IMG/VR virus record: IMGVR_UViG_3300010403_000705
Span: 248,001-312,000 of that record
Direction: 5' to 3' (one strand)
Length of the DNA: 64,000 nucleotides
The position numbers were made by a program, and so were the translations under genes. Each line of letters starts with the position of its first letter. The first letter of the stretch is position 1. Positions 49,127 through 61,173 of the stretch are shown one piece after another. The notes beneath the pieces were generated by a model, which ran no database searches, was not told the DNA's origin, and saw only the letters and a program-made list of their open reading frames with translations.

Positions 49127-52100
49127 ATGATTTTCAATGATTTTAGAAATCTTCATGTTGGAAATGTAGTACGCGAAAAATTATCTGGTCGCCTTGGAAA
49201 GATAGTTCTTTTAGTAGTGGGTCGGTCATTTGATGAATCTGAGATTCATGTTATTAATGATAAAAAAGATCATGAGTTTTCTATTTTTCCAGATGAATAT
49301 TCAATTGTTAGTTCGGTCACTTCTGATTCGATGTAATATCTTTGAATGATTTAGAGAAACATGAAAGTTAAAAAAGCTATACATCTTCTTTCTAAAATGG
49401 ATCCAGATGCGGATGTTTGTCTTGATCTTTCTGCATTAGGTTCTGTGTCACAAGGAGTTACTGGTGATGCTAGACTCGTAAGTGAATTCTCTACAGGTTG
49501 GTATGTAGTAGACAGTCCAGGTATGGCATTTGGATGCCACGTAGATTATAATTCTGCATCAACAATTCAAGTAGATGGTAAACCATTACTAGACTTGACT
49601 TCACCTAATATCACGCCCGCAATTTTTATTAGATGGAGAAAGTAATTAACGGAATGTTATGGCAATCATAGTTTTCTTTTCTGTTCTTAATGTTTTGATT
49701 GGTCAAATTAAAACTACCGCAGTTTTCCCTATGATTACTTCTTTTGTGTGTATAGTAGGTTGGATTATTTATTCACTGCCTCCTCCACCTCCACCATTTG
49801 TACCATCATGAGCTCTGATATAAATAAAATAGCAAGCAGGTTATCTGTTATAATTGGTGATATCGCGCGTATGGAAGATAGCATGGCAGCCGATGTACTA
49901 TGGAGAATGGCATGTGATTACATGAGAGTTGCTAGAGATTTTAATTCTGGCGATTCTTGTCAAGAGAAAAATAATCGTATTGTAGTGGCACAACAGATGA
50001 TGCTTCGTAAAGATATTTTTCATCGGTACTACGACAGATTCGCGAAAGAAATTGCTTGCCTTAGCAAGACAAACAAATGACAATTTGTATTATTGTATTT
50101 TGTATAGTTATTGTATATATCATTTGTAGAATTACCTGGAACATTTTTAAATGGCTATTGATCGCCTTAGTGATCGGATCTCTGTATTATTGGTATTCTA
50201 CTAACAAAGACAATAACAATCTTCACATAAATTCTTATAAACTTACAACTATTATCACTCCCATCCATAATTAGATTTGTAAATAGAAGTGTGGTTACGT
50301 TTTAACATTTGACCTAAGGATAATCTCATATGTCTCTTCCGTATACATCTGATCAGCGACGGGCAGCAAACACTGTTCAAGCACGTATTCATAACGCTCG
50401 TGTTGCTCAACGTGATGCCAAACATAATCTCCGATTAGCTCGGCTTGAGTTTATGTGCGCGAAGGCAATTGCGGATGCGCAAGCTTCAGCGCAAGCTGCT
50501 GAGGCAGAGGTAGTTAGTTTTAAAGCGCGGGTTGAAATTCTTAATCGTCGTGGACGACATGATGGTCCGTAAATTTCTTAAAATATAAGATTTAGGGCGG
50601 TGATATTTTAATTAATTCACCGCCCTATTTTTTATGCATTATACAAATGAGAGACGAGAAAATATGATTCCTAATGTCTTTATAAGCACGCTGATATTTT
50701 TCTTATATTTTTACGCCATTGTACATAGCCCAAGCGAATTTATCACAACTGTGTTGGTTATGATAATGCTTATGTATCATCATTTTTATTGTCTTTTAAA
50801 TAAAATTATTGATTCTAGAAAGTATAAACAAAATGTCTAATTTTCCTTCTCCCCTCGAAGACGACTGGATTGGTCATCCTAATGTTTTATCTGATCATAC
50901 AAATGAAGATACAAAGTATTTAATTACCCATCGCGATCGTATTGAAGTGCTTGGTGGCTGGAGTGATCCTGAAGCTTGTTATAGTTATGACGAAATTGCA
51001 TTGATTCGTTTATCTAATCATGTTACCAGCGAAGTATGTTACTATGCTTTAAATACTGCCGGATGCTCTTGCCCTTCTCCTACTGAAACTTGGCAAATTG
51101 ATTTTGGTCCAGCAACCCTTGATGAGCTTCGCGAATGGTGTTCTAAAGGAAATCAATCATCAATTCTTTCTCCTCTATTGACTGATGAAGCTTTGGGATT
51201 TGCTCCATCAAATAAATTTTAATAATAAGGACGGTTTATTATGGCGCGCGGAAAAAATAAAATTGTTCAAAAGAAGTCTCCTTCATTGCGAGATAACATC
51301 AAGACGTATCGCCGAGAGTTGCATGGTGATATTGCAGAAGCATTTGATACAGCTTTCTGCACACTGGCAGGCACTGGTCCCTTTAAGAAAGCCCTCAATA
51401 GCGGTACAGATCTACAAAAAGCTTTTGTGGCTGCTAAGCTAGCAGCACAAGAAGCTCGTAAGCTACATCCTATTGTTGATGTCCCTAATCTTCCCGAAGA
51501 GGATGAATAAAAAATGTACATCAGACTTCTAAAAATCTCTCCTGTGGAAGATTCCTTGGTTGTGGATCCTAATTCTATTGATGGAACCTCTTATATTCGG
51601 GTTAGTAATCCAGATGTTATCTCCTCACTATTAGAATGTGTTGAGGTGCCAGCTCTTCCTATTCGTGATCAAGAGTTACAGTTTGATGGATTTGATAGCG
51701 TGGATCCTGCTGTAATATTTCGAGTACATCAAGTACAGCAACATATTAAATTAGTTAAAGAAGTATCGCGTCAACGATTAGTTTCTCGACGAGAACCACC
51801 ACCTCATATTGATGCGACTGTGTGGGTACGTTAATGTATTGCTCTTTTTTAGCTTTTGTCTACGGTCTATTTGTAGTAATTGTTTGGGTAGCCCTACAAC
51901 AAAGGGCACCTATGAGACTTCGCGATTATTGCGCTGTCATCTTTATTGGATGGCTTGCTTCACCTTTTATTTTCCTTATCTGGTTGATGAATAAAATCAT
52001 CAAATTAATTCACCATCATTGGTAATTTTTCATGTCTCTTAAGAATACTCTTAAATATAATAATGAACAACTTAGGTTGTATGCTGCTTGGTTTAACTCT

Positions 52101-54083
52101 CTGATGGCGTTAGAGAGTTTATCCACAGACTCCAGTATAGAAGAAAAATCAAAAGTTTTGATTAGTTTTAATAAAGCTCGACAAGCAGCAGTCGCTGCTG
52201 GCGTTCCTGGTATTTATTGAATTCATAGTCTTTGTCGTAAATTTTATCAAAACTTACATGGCTCTCACCCACATTACCAGTCGTATGTAATCTTATAACT
52301 TACAGTTACTTGCTAGCAAGTAACTCTCGACAAAAAGTTGGGGACTATATAATAGGGGAAGTATATTATTTAGTATGTAAAAATTAGAGGGTAGAGTAAA
52401 ACCATAACATTATAGATCAGTGTATTTGATTTATTGAAAGTGGAATAATACATGACTAGCAAAATAAATTTGATTAGCTCAGTTGGGTTCCCTTATATGA
52501 TAAAAGATATGCGTGGTCGATTGTCTAATAAAGCTGACTACATCAGATATATTTGGTTGATGTATAATTTACATCAACCGTATATTATAGTAATACGAGA
52601 TTACAATCCCGTACCTTATGTGCGTGATCAAGATGACAAAGATTTAAAATCTGAAGAAAAAATTCTGCTCAGTTAAGAAAAGAAAATTCTCATTTCTCAA
52701 AATTACGAGTACGGATTAATTATAATAAACCCTATGTCTAAATGAGAAATTATGTGGTATTATATTCCTATCAGTCTCACCAAAGGTGATAGATTTCAGG
52801 ATAAAAAAGATCCTAGTATCATAATCGAATTTGAACGCGTTGAAGGTGATGCCAATGATCCTATATTTGTTTTCAATACCTCAGATGGACAACTTCGTAT
52901 AACAAGATCTGTTTTCAGTTCTGTATATGAAACTTGGATTGATCCATGGGCATCACAAAAAAAGTTTGCGTTAAAGCATGGTTTTACATGGTATGATGAG
53001 GAGATTCCCGCTATACCTAAAGTTAAGATGGAATTTTAACCGTGACCTTTAATGATAAAATTTTTACGGCTGCTCATCGCTTAGGTCAATTAAGTTTATT
53101 CGATAAACTTAATTCAATTAAATATTTCTGTACGCCCCGTCCAATAGTTAAGTTTATTATTACTATATCTGGAAATGGTACAAGTGGCAATCATGCTGAA
53201 ACTATTAAAAATGGTAAGATTGTTTTTGATGTACAGGTAAAAAATACTTCTATTTTTGGTGGATGGTATTGGGTCTTAAAATATTACGATCCTTTTTATA
53301 TAGATTCACTTATAATTAAACAAGGTAACAAGGAAGATTAAATATGCATGGGTGTCAACCATTTTTTTCAACTAGTTCTTTGAAAGAAGCAAAGCGTCTT
53401 CTTTCCGTTATCGTAAAAGATACTGGCGGTAAAACTTGTTTCCATGCACATGAGCTATCAGAGCCTCTTCTAGGTGCGCCTAGAAGAAACAGATTTGCTA
53501 TTTATTTCGATGCCGATAAATATACTGTGTTATTTCCTGATACCGCACAACAAAATGTGGCTAGATTCAGGTCTCGTATGGCTTGTTATTTATCTGGATA
53601 TTTGGCTGGTGAAGCCGCACAACGTCGATTAGAGAGTAAAATGATCAGACTAAACCAAAGAAGGAATGAGGAACGTCGCCATGGTCTTTGATAATAAGGT
53701 GGCAACAAAACACTCTATTGACATGACGTTAGAGGGTGTTCTTAGGCTGTGTGAGATGAATAAAATTTCACAGGAATTGTATTATGCAGCCAGAGATTGG
53801 CTAATTAATCCTAATAATTTTATTCCTACACGGACAGTTAATCATGCCCTATCATTGTTTGAAAGTAAGGTAAATGGTCGTACGTAGAATTTTTAGTCTT
53901 TTATATGCTGTCATTTTTTCCTATGTGATTCATGATGATATTTTAATCAATCATTTGAAAAAGACCGAAGCCAAATCGGTTGCTTTATTATGCGTGCTCG
54001 TACTATGGATGCTATTATGTATAGAGTCCCATCTAGCTAATATGGAGCAAGCTATCAATAAGGATAAGAAAAATTCCGATTAA
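49127..54083 (+). other. long run of small AT-rich hypothetical CDS (e.g. 49361-49645, 49808-50080, 50330-50572, 50833-51222, 51241-51510, 51514-51834, 52752-53039, 53344-53691)
   Basis: Packed + strand ORFs, several hydrophobic; no recognisable domains. Confidence 0.55.
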
Positions 54084-54195
54084 TTGGAGACGACGAGATG
54101 GCTGATCAGTTAATGGGCGGATCGTTTTGGTTGTTGATTTCGATGATGATTCTCTATCGTATCAATAGACGATCAAGTCGTGGTTGAAGTATTAT

Positions 54196-54283
54196 GCTAA
54201 CTCTGGGCATTGGCGAGCCCAAGGCGAAGTAAACGCCCCGTCAAGTAAAATTGGCTGAGTTAGTTCGAGTCTAACAGTTGGCA
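54196..54283 (+). tRNA. aberrant tRNA-Tyr(GTA)-like
   Basis: GCTAACT/AGTTGGC, GGGC..GCCC D-arm, GGCG-AAGTAAA-CGCC, long V-arm, GTTAG-TTCGAGT-CTAAC. Confidence 0.65.
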
Positions 54284-54300
54284 CTTAAAAGGAAACATTT

Positions 54301-54784
54301 ATGTCTGTTTCAAATCTAAGTAATGAAATGTCGAGCTTGATTACTTCCAGTCTTAAGGATCCACGGGATTGGTTGACGGCTGTGCGTCAAATTCTGGATC
54401 TAGCTAGTATAAATCCTAGCACTACACTTGCTATCAGTGACGGCACTCTAGATTCTATTTGCTGGTCAACGTTGGATAATGTATCGAAAAAATATTCAAA
54501 TGGGCTTGATAAGATAGCAGTAGCTATTCGAGTTTGGAGAACCAAAAATGAGTCTTAATGAATATGAAATGCAGCGTCAGAAAGTCCTTGAAGCTCAAGC
54601 AGCTCGAAGCGCCAACACAGAAGAACATTCTCCAATATGTTCCCATCCAGAATGTCAAATCGAAAGAGAAGCTCGACGGACATTAGAATCAATGCCCGAG
54701 CATGATTATTATCAGAAATCTTGGGTAATGGAGATGCTACAAGAAAGACTTCGTAGAATTGAGGAAAAGGCTCTACGTGATTAG
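54301..54784 (+). other. two hypothetical CDS (54301-54558, 54548-54784)
   Basis: AAGGA RBS, coupled ORFs. Confidence 0.6.
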
Positions 54785-54968
54785 TGTTAATCATTGGAGA
54801 CCTGCTTGGGCAGACGAAGTAAAGAGATATAGTTTCTGGACAATTTATACGATTCGTCGCCAGAAAATTGCTGTAGTAGATTGTACTTGGGATGAAGCGC
54901 TAAGATTAAGTAAGTTACTTAGTAGTACACTTATTAGTGCAGAAAATATATCTTTATCATAAATTATA

Positions 54969-55127
54969 ACGGGGAGAACGACTAGAGACCGTCGTTACGA
55001 CGAAAACAAGAAAATGGTGGTCCGCAGCCACTTTCAAGGTAAATTAACCTTGAATCCTTTAAATGTTGGAAAGAGTTCTTGTTATTAATCGTGCAGGTAG
55101 GTGAACCAATTCCTACCCCCGTCGCCA
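54969..55127 (+). ncRNA. tRNA-like-ended RNA with a large insert, ending GCCA
   Basis: ACGGGG/CCCCGT terminal stem, AACGAC/GTCGTT, AACAAGAA/TTCTTGTT, GTAGG/CCTAC. Confidence 0.5.
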
Positions 55128-55237
55128 ATTTCAAAGGTATCTAATCCCATCATACTGAGAAATCAGAGTGAATAGATACTGATGTGGTAGTAACCACAAA
55201 ATAATTAATAACCATTAAAAATTAAATGAGGTGTGTC

Positions 55238-55711
55238 ATGAGTAAAATTCTAGTTAAGTGTATCAAACGTGGTTCAGATGGTCAAGTGGATATGCAGCGG
55301 ACGAAGGAAAGTTATGAAAGTGCTCTTCTGGAAGATTTTGCAAAGGCGATGACCTTAGCTGAGCAGAAGCTTCAGAAAGCTTATGAGGAAGGTCGTAGTA
55401 GTTTTGATGCAGATCTAGCTGCATATCTGAGTCAGAGGGCAGAGTGGGACGTACTTTCTAAGACATATATTGATCGAGCATTCGATCGATTCTCTAATTC
55501 AGCTAAGGGAGGCTGTATCACTAAGCCCACACTGATCAATCTTTGTATTACTTCAATGGCTCATGACAAGGTTATTGATATGTCGCAACTACCTAAAGCA
55601 CGAGAGATGGTAGCGGCATTTATTACTGACAATACAGATTCGCTATACACAGTAGAGAAGGGTATTGATGGTGGTGTTCGCCGGATCCCAGTACCTACCG
55701 TAGAAAGCTGA
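55238..55711 (+). CDS. hypothetical protein, paralog of 25882
   Basis: GAGG RBS; K...DG..D...K, F..NT...KG.DGG similarity; 34-bp palindrome at 55731-55764 follows. Confidence 0.75.
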   Translation: MSKILVKCIKRGSDGQVDMQRTKESYESALLEDFAKAMTLAEQKLQKAYEEGRSSFDADLAAYLSQRAEWDVLSKTYIDRAFDRFSNSAKGGCITKPTLINLCITSMAHDKVIDMSQLPKAREMVAAFITDNTDSLYTVEKGIDGGVRRIPVPTVES

Positions 55712-55797
55712 TCGCTCGTATCAATAATTAATATGACCGGAGGTGTTAACACCTCCGGTCATATCTATTGAAAATTTCAAGCAATTAGGAGCTGTTT

Positions 55798-56920
55798 ATG
55801 AGTGTTAGTGCAAAAGATGTCTTAATTGCTCAAGCAGAGCGCCTGCTTATGGTAATTCCTAATACATATAAGAATTTCTCTCTTGGAAGAATTCAGGAGA
55901 AAATTTTTGAAATGTATGAGTCAGAAAAGCAGAATCCACCAACTGGTATTAGGGCACAAGAGTTAACCACTTTGATGTGGCATTGGTTAGAGGCATACAA
56001 TGCGTTTGTCATGGATCCAAATTTTGAAGAAAGTGTTAGTAATTTTGGAATTATTTCTATTAGACTAATAGAAGGAATAAGTGTCATAACAACTTTTTGT
56101 TGTGACCACGAGCATTTTTTATCTCTACCTTCTGTTGTTTATTATGACAAACTTTACTTAGGAAAAGCTGGTTGGAATAGTTCGGCTAATCGTTGTTATT
56201 ATCGCAGCGATGATGCGATTGTCATTAGTCTTAATAAGAAGAAAATCGAATCAGTCAAGCAAGAGATTTTTAACTGTCCTAAATGTTTAGTTAAATGGAC
56301 AATAAATGGTTCAAAGGCTACCTCTGGCATTTACACAGTTGAAGTACAAGATGTATACAAAGGCATTGGGATGTCTAATAGTAGATGGATGAGATGTTCT
56401 AATTGTAACATTATAAGCTGGATTCCTTATACTAAAAAATAGGTTTGTCATCCAACAATGTTTCAATATCTTTTGCGGATAGATCTAAAGTTGATATTCT
56501 TAAACGTGGATCGGGATCCTCGGCATGGTAAAAATATTTCAAAAAATTCTTATAGAGCAAGCTGAAAAAATAGTAAATGCTGATAAGGGTGCTTTACAAG
56601 ACTATACTCTTGATCAAATCAGAGAAATCATTCGAGGCATCTATACTCTAGAGAAACTTCGTAGATTAAAACCAAGATCGGAACTATGGAATTGGCTTTT
56701 AACCTTCGATTACATGATGCGATCTGACTGTCATGATTCAACTATGTATGGGGTATGTAATTTAGAATGGAGCAATAGTTCAGTTTGTTTGATAGTATCG
56801 TGTTATGATTACCATCATTGGGAGTCACTCCCATCAGTAGTTGAATTTAAATCATATTCGCTACAAAAAAGAGGCTGGGATGCAATCGATAATACTTGTC
56901 GATATATGAGTACCAGTTAA
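55798..56920 (+). other. two paralogous hypothetical CDS (55798-56442, 56525-56920)
   Basis: Shared LI.QAE, LPSVV, GW....N.C.Y motifs. Confidence 0.7.
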
Positions 56921-57780
56921 AGTTTAGTATAATAAAACTACAGGAAAAATATTATGGCTGGTAAAGGTGCACGACAAGGTAGGCGACTGAGGCGACAAGC
57001 TAAGCTCGGACCTCTTGTTGAACTAATTTCTCAAACAGAACATTCGGATATTCTTTCTTGTGGACATGAGGAGCCAAAAGGACCAGCTAGGCAGTATGGT
57101 CCAGGTAAAATTTGGCGGCATTGTTCTCAATGTCCAGCAGTTGTGATTGATGCAATAAATTCTCATGAATCCACAATTATTTGAGATATATGACGTAGTA
57201 GTTGATCAAAACACATTGAACGTTAGTTTAAGTTTTCTAGCTAAAACTGGACAGCAAATATCTTTAGAGATGTCCAAAGATGACATCAAACAAATTATTT
57301 CTCTTATTTTAAGGGAAAGTGATATTAGATTGGGTGCTAGTATTGAAGGCACACTCATCTTTGATAATTTTTAATCCAGGATAATAAAATGGAAATGACT
57401 GTTGCGATTCCTGTTATTTGGGGAAATGTGTTTTGTGTGGTGCTTCCGGCTCCTCCTAAAGGAGATCAAACAAAATGGAATGCTGATAATTTAGCTTGGA
57501 TTAAGAAACTGATCAACCTTAGTCCTGTGAACGTTGAGCCAACTGAACCCCCAGATGATGTGGCATAATATGAATCCTTCATTTACTGTTATTGATACAG
57601 CCGAAACTATTATTATTGGATGTGATCAATGGGCAGCGCTTAATATTCGGTTGATTACATTAAGTAATAAACAAATGATTATATCTTTGACCGCTCCATC
57701 GGCTTGGTGAACGGTTAATTGATTGGGCTGATAAGTGTGATAACGAAAGAGCATGAATACTAATATGGCGAGGAAAATAA

Positions 57781-58110
57781 ATGAACTACCGACGTTGGTC
57801 TACACGGTTGCTAAATTGGTTTGAGGCAGTCTGTTCATCCTGGGATATGGGAGTTCATCTTCAACCTCACGATCACGGTGGTGCCCAAGGATTTATTTTT
57901 CTTCTGTGGGGAGAGTTGCATGAATCTCGGTGGGAAGAAAAAGATGGTCGACTAATCTTAATTGAACGTACTATCATGAAGGGACCTGCTTTTGGATATA
58001 TTAAAGCAACCGATGTTCATGATGTATGTGCAGTAAAAAAATCATACGCGGCACAATTATATTTTCCTGTACCAAGAAATGTGAAAGTGTTTCAAAATAC
58101 TGATCATTAA
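57781..58110 (+). CDS. cupin-fold (cysteine dioxygenase-like) protein
   Basis: W..G....PHDHGG..G....L.GEL.E..W ... VH.V ... LY. Confidence 0.65.
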   Translation: MNYRRWSTRLLNWFEAVCSSWDMGVHLQPHDHGGAQGFIFLLWGELHESRWEEKDGRLILIERTIMKGPAFGYIKATDVHDVCAVKKSYAAQLYFPVPRNVKVFQNTDH

Positions 58111-58226
58111 TGTTTAGGTACATGATACTCCCATCCCGATTAATATTTACTGTGTGGGAGAATGCTGCATGACTTTAGAAAAAAAGCAATGGCAAAATAT
58201 TAAACCTTGCAATTAGGAGAATCATT

Positions 58227-59450
58227 ATGTCAGATTGGAAGCCACAAGTTGTAAAAATCTGCAAAGTAGAAAAGCATTTTAATGCTGATACCTTGGATAT
58301 TGTTTTCACTTCAATTGGTGACTATCCAATTGTTACCAAGCTGGGTGAGTACCACGTAGGTGATTTAGCAGTATATATTCCAATTGACACCATCGTTCCT
58401 GATGTTAATGAATTCTTTTTCCTTTGTCCCAAACATGAAGGAAGTGTCATTCCTAAATATGAATTAGGTTGTGTTCCAGAGCGCTATCGACGAATTAAAG
58501 CAAAGAAGATTCGTGGACAATATTCACAAGGCATGTTGATTGCGTGCCCTCTGTACATTAATGGTCATCTTGTGTCTGCATCTGAGATGATGCAGAGTGG
58601 CATGCCTGAGGAAACAATTCTATCTCTTGATGTAGTTAAGATTTTGGGTCTTACTAAGTGGGAAGAAGAGGAAGAAGAAGCTTCCGATCTTTATGCAAAG
58701 AAAGCTAAAGAACACACGCAAACAGAAAAAAGACCTGAAGGTTGGTCTATTCCTTACTATGATATTGATGGTTTGAGAAAGTGTTCAGATTGTTTGGCTC
58801 CTGATGAAGAGATTGTTTTAACTGAAAAAATTCATGGGGCGAATGGTAGTTTTTGCCATGATGGATCTAGGTTGTGGGTAAAATCTCGCAATTTGTATAA
58901 GAAAGGGGAAATTGAGGTTCCAGTATATGAAGAGTTAGTTAGTGATGTTATTGAAGAAACTGGAGAGCAAATTAAGCAGCATGTGCGTGTAGGAACCAAG
59001 ATGATTCCCTCTACTGATCAGTGGTGGGAAGTTGCACGACGCTTGGGTTTAGAAGACAAGTTATCTCAATATCCAGGTCTGGTTTTCTTTGGCGAGGTAG
59101 CTGGACAGGTTAAAGGTTTCCGATACGATGCTAAAATTGTAGATGAAAAACTACAACCATGTCTATATCTTTTTGATGTATGGGATCTCAAATCCATGAG
59201 GTATTTGGATTATGATGATCGCATTTCATTGATTCAGTCGCTTGATTTAACGCCAGCCCCACAACTTTATAGAGGTCCTTGGCTTGGTAAAGAAAAAATG
59301 TATCCTTATGCTGAAGGAAAAACAACTACTAGCGGTAAGCATATTCGAGAAGGTTTTGTCTTGAATACAATTAAAGAAAGATTTGAGCCGCGATTAAATG
59401 GTAGGATGCAAGCTAAGTTGGTCGGAGAATCCTACAATCTTCTAAAGTAA
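58227..59450 (+). CDS. RNA ligase, Rnl2/DRB0094-like
   Basis: N-terminal H.NAD.L...GD..VY.P.D, RG..SQG; TEKIHGAN motif I, FGEV.G, LFDV, REGFV, K.V.E.Y. Confidence 0.88.
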   Translation: MSDWKPQVVKICKVEKHFNADTLDIVFTSIGDYPIVTKLGEYHVGDLAVYIPIDTIVPDVNEFFFLCPKHEGSVIPKYELGCVPERYRRIKAKKIRGQYSQGMLIACPLYINGHLVSASEMMQSGMPEETILSLDVVKILGLTKWEEEEEEASDLYAKKAKEHTQTEKRPEGWSIPYYDIDGLRKCSDCLAPDEEIVLTEKIHGANGSFCHDGSRLWVKSRNLYKKGEIEVPVYEELVSDVIEETGEQIKQHVRVGTKMIPSTDQWWEVARRLGLEDKLSQYPGLVFFGEVAGQVKGFRYDAKIVDEKLQPCLYLFDVWDLKSMRYLDYDDRISLIQSLDLTPAPQLYRGPWLGKEKMYPYAEGKTTTSGKHIREGFVLNTIKERFEPRLNGRMQAKLVGESYNLLK

Positions 59451-59896
59451 AGGTAAATGTGATCATGACAAGAGATAAAAATCTTATCCGTTTTAACTTT
59501 TCTGATATTAAAGAAGCACTACAATTGCTCGGAGAAAAACGCGGGATGAGTGGTTCTTTTGAAGTTTTAGAGAGAATTACAGCTACTATATCTGAATTTG
59601 ATAATAGTATTTTAAAAGCTGGCGTAGAATATATTCTTGTTCCAAAGTGATAGAAGTTTTTCACAAAATTCATTATTGTGTTCACCTGTGGTAATGAATA
59701 ATTTAGTACGAATTGAGTTCGGCGAACGGTGAAGGTTTTCATAAAGAATAAGGCATGACAAAGAGACAGATGCTAACTAATAGATAGGCGCGAGTTGACT
59801 TGAAATTTGGCACTTTAGACGCAGTGTCAGGTTGGAAAAGAAAAATACTTTCCCCAGTGACCCTATAAGTGCTACTGTCATAGTAGTTATGTCCTA

Positions 59897-59973
59897 GCGT
59901 GTTGACGTCAATGGTGGCGTAATGTTATCTTGTCTCGATAACATTGACGGTTCGAATCCGTGGACACGTCCCA
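59897..59973 (+). tRNA. aberrant tRNA-Asp(GTC)-like with a 9-bp anticodon stem
   Basis: GCGTGTT/GACACGT, AATGTTATC-TTGTCTC-GATAACATT, ACGG-TTCGAAT-CCGT, 3' CCCA. Confidence 0.55.
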
Positions 59974-60086
59974 TCACATAAAATAAGTGAATCACAAATA
60001 TGAATCAAGACGAATTTATGAACGAAGTAGATCAGTTTTTTGTTGGTTAGCTTATTCTCAACTTTCTTGATGAAGGATTCGAAATA

Positions 60087-60707
60087 ATGCGTAAGATGCC
60101 TTGTCTTTTAGTTCGTGAATTTAATGGACCGAATTCATTTACATTAACGGATCAAATTACTACTGGTTGTGAATGGGTATTAAAAGGAGAAGGTATCGCA
60201 TCTCGTAAATGGGATGGTACGGCGTGCATAGTAATTAATGGAGAATTATTCAAAAGGTTTGATGCCAAAAGAAAACCGGACGGATCTTATAAATTGCCGC
60301 CTAATGGTGCCATCCCATGTTGTGATCCAGATCCTATTACTGGACATCACCCACATTGGATCAAGTGTTTACCTAATCATCCCCCTGATCAATATCATAT
60401 ACAAGCCTGGCAAAAACTAGGACAAGCTATTGCTCGTACCAAACAAGATGGAAGACGGTTTGTTAGTCCGCCGGACGGTACTTACGAATTGATTGGTCCT
60501 CAAATTGGAGCTAATGCAGAAGGTGTAGAGCAGTTAATGTTTAAACTTCACGGTGCTGATATCTTGGAGGTTCCAAGAACCTTGGAAGGTATTCGTAAAT
60601 TTATCTCTGATAATATGATGGAAGGTGTAGTATTCTCCAATAAAAATGGTTTAATGTGCAAGATTAGGCGCAAGGACTTTGGTCTTCCCTGGGGAAAAAA
60701 TAAATGA
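60087..60707 (+). CDS. RNA ligase, DUF5565/C12orf29 (Rlig1)-like
   Basis: RKMPC, RKWDGTAC motif I, GH.PHW, GTYELIGP.I..N, HG, MEGVVF, KIRR.DFGL.W. Confidence 0.78.
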   Translation: MRKMPCLLVREFNGPNSFTLTDQITTGCEWVLKGEGIASRKWDGTACIVINGELFKRFDAKRKPDGSYKLPPNGAIPCCDPDPITGHHPHWIKCLPNHPPDQYHIQAWQKLGQAIARTKQDGRRFVSPPDGTYELIGPQIGANAEGVEQLMFKLHGADILEVPRTLEGIRKFISDNMMEGVVFSNKNGLMCKIRRKDFGLPWGKNK

Positions 60708-60893
60708 ATGCCTTCAAGTATTTGTGTGCAGTAACAGTGATTACTTTCATTTGGTTACTAGGAAAGATTGTAGAGAATCCAAGATGGAAGATTTAAAGTA
60801 CGCTCTTGGGTTTGCTTTGATAGCATTTGTGTATTGTGCTATTATCATTTTGACGTATCCTGGTCCATAGATTATTATTTGTAGGGATAATTA

Positions 60894-61136
60894 ATGTTAC
60901 CAATTAAAATCCAATATGGCACTCTACCCCGTCGAGGGCAATTTAATCGAGCTTTATTAGAAGCTATGCCACCAAATAGACCCATCCGTTTTCGTGGTGA
61001 TAGTAGAATGGGTGATGCAGATGTTTCTGCTACAGATTTTTTTCTAGAACTTCGTAATGCCCATCGCGAAGGCACTGCGGATGCTATGGAATGGATTAGA
61101 CAGCATTTGCTTTTTATTTCTATTCATTGGGTTTAG
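60894..61136 (+). CDS. hypothetical protein
   Basis: AGGGA RBS, ORF. Confidence 0.6.
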   Translation: MLPIKIQYGTLPRRGQFNRALLEAMPPNRPIRFRGDSRMGDADVSATDFFLELRNAHREGTADAMEWIRQHLLFISIHWV

Positions 61137-61173
61137 ATCAAACGTACAATAACTATATAAGGAAGATATACCT

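Noticed and set aside
55137-55200. Possible hammerhead ribozyme (CTGATG...stem...CAAA)
   Set aside because: Core does not match CUGANGA/GAAA
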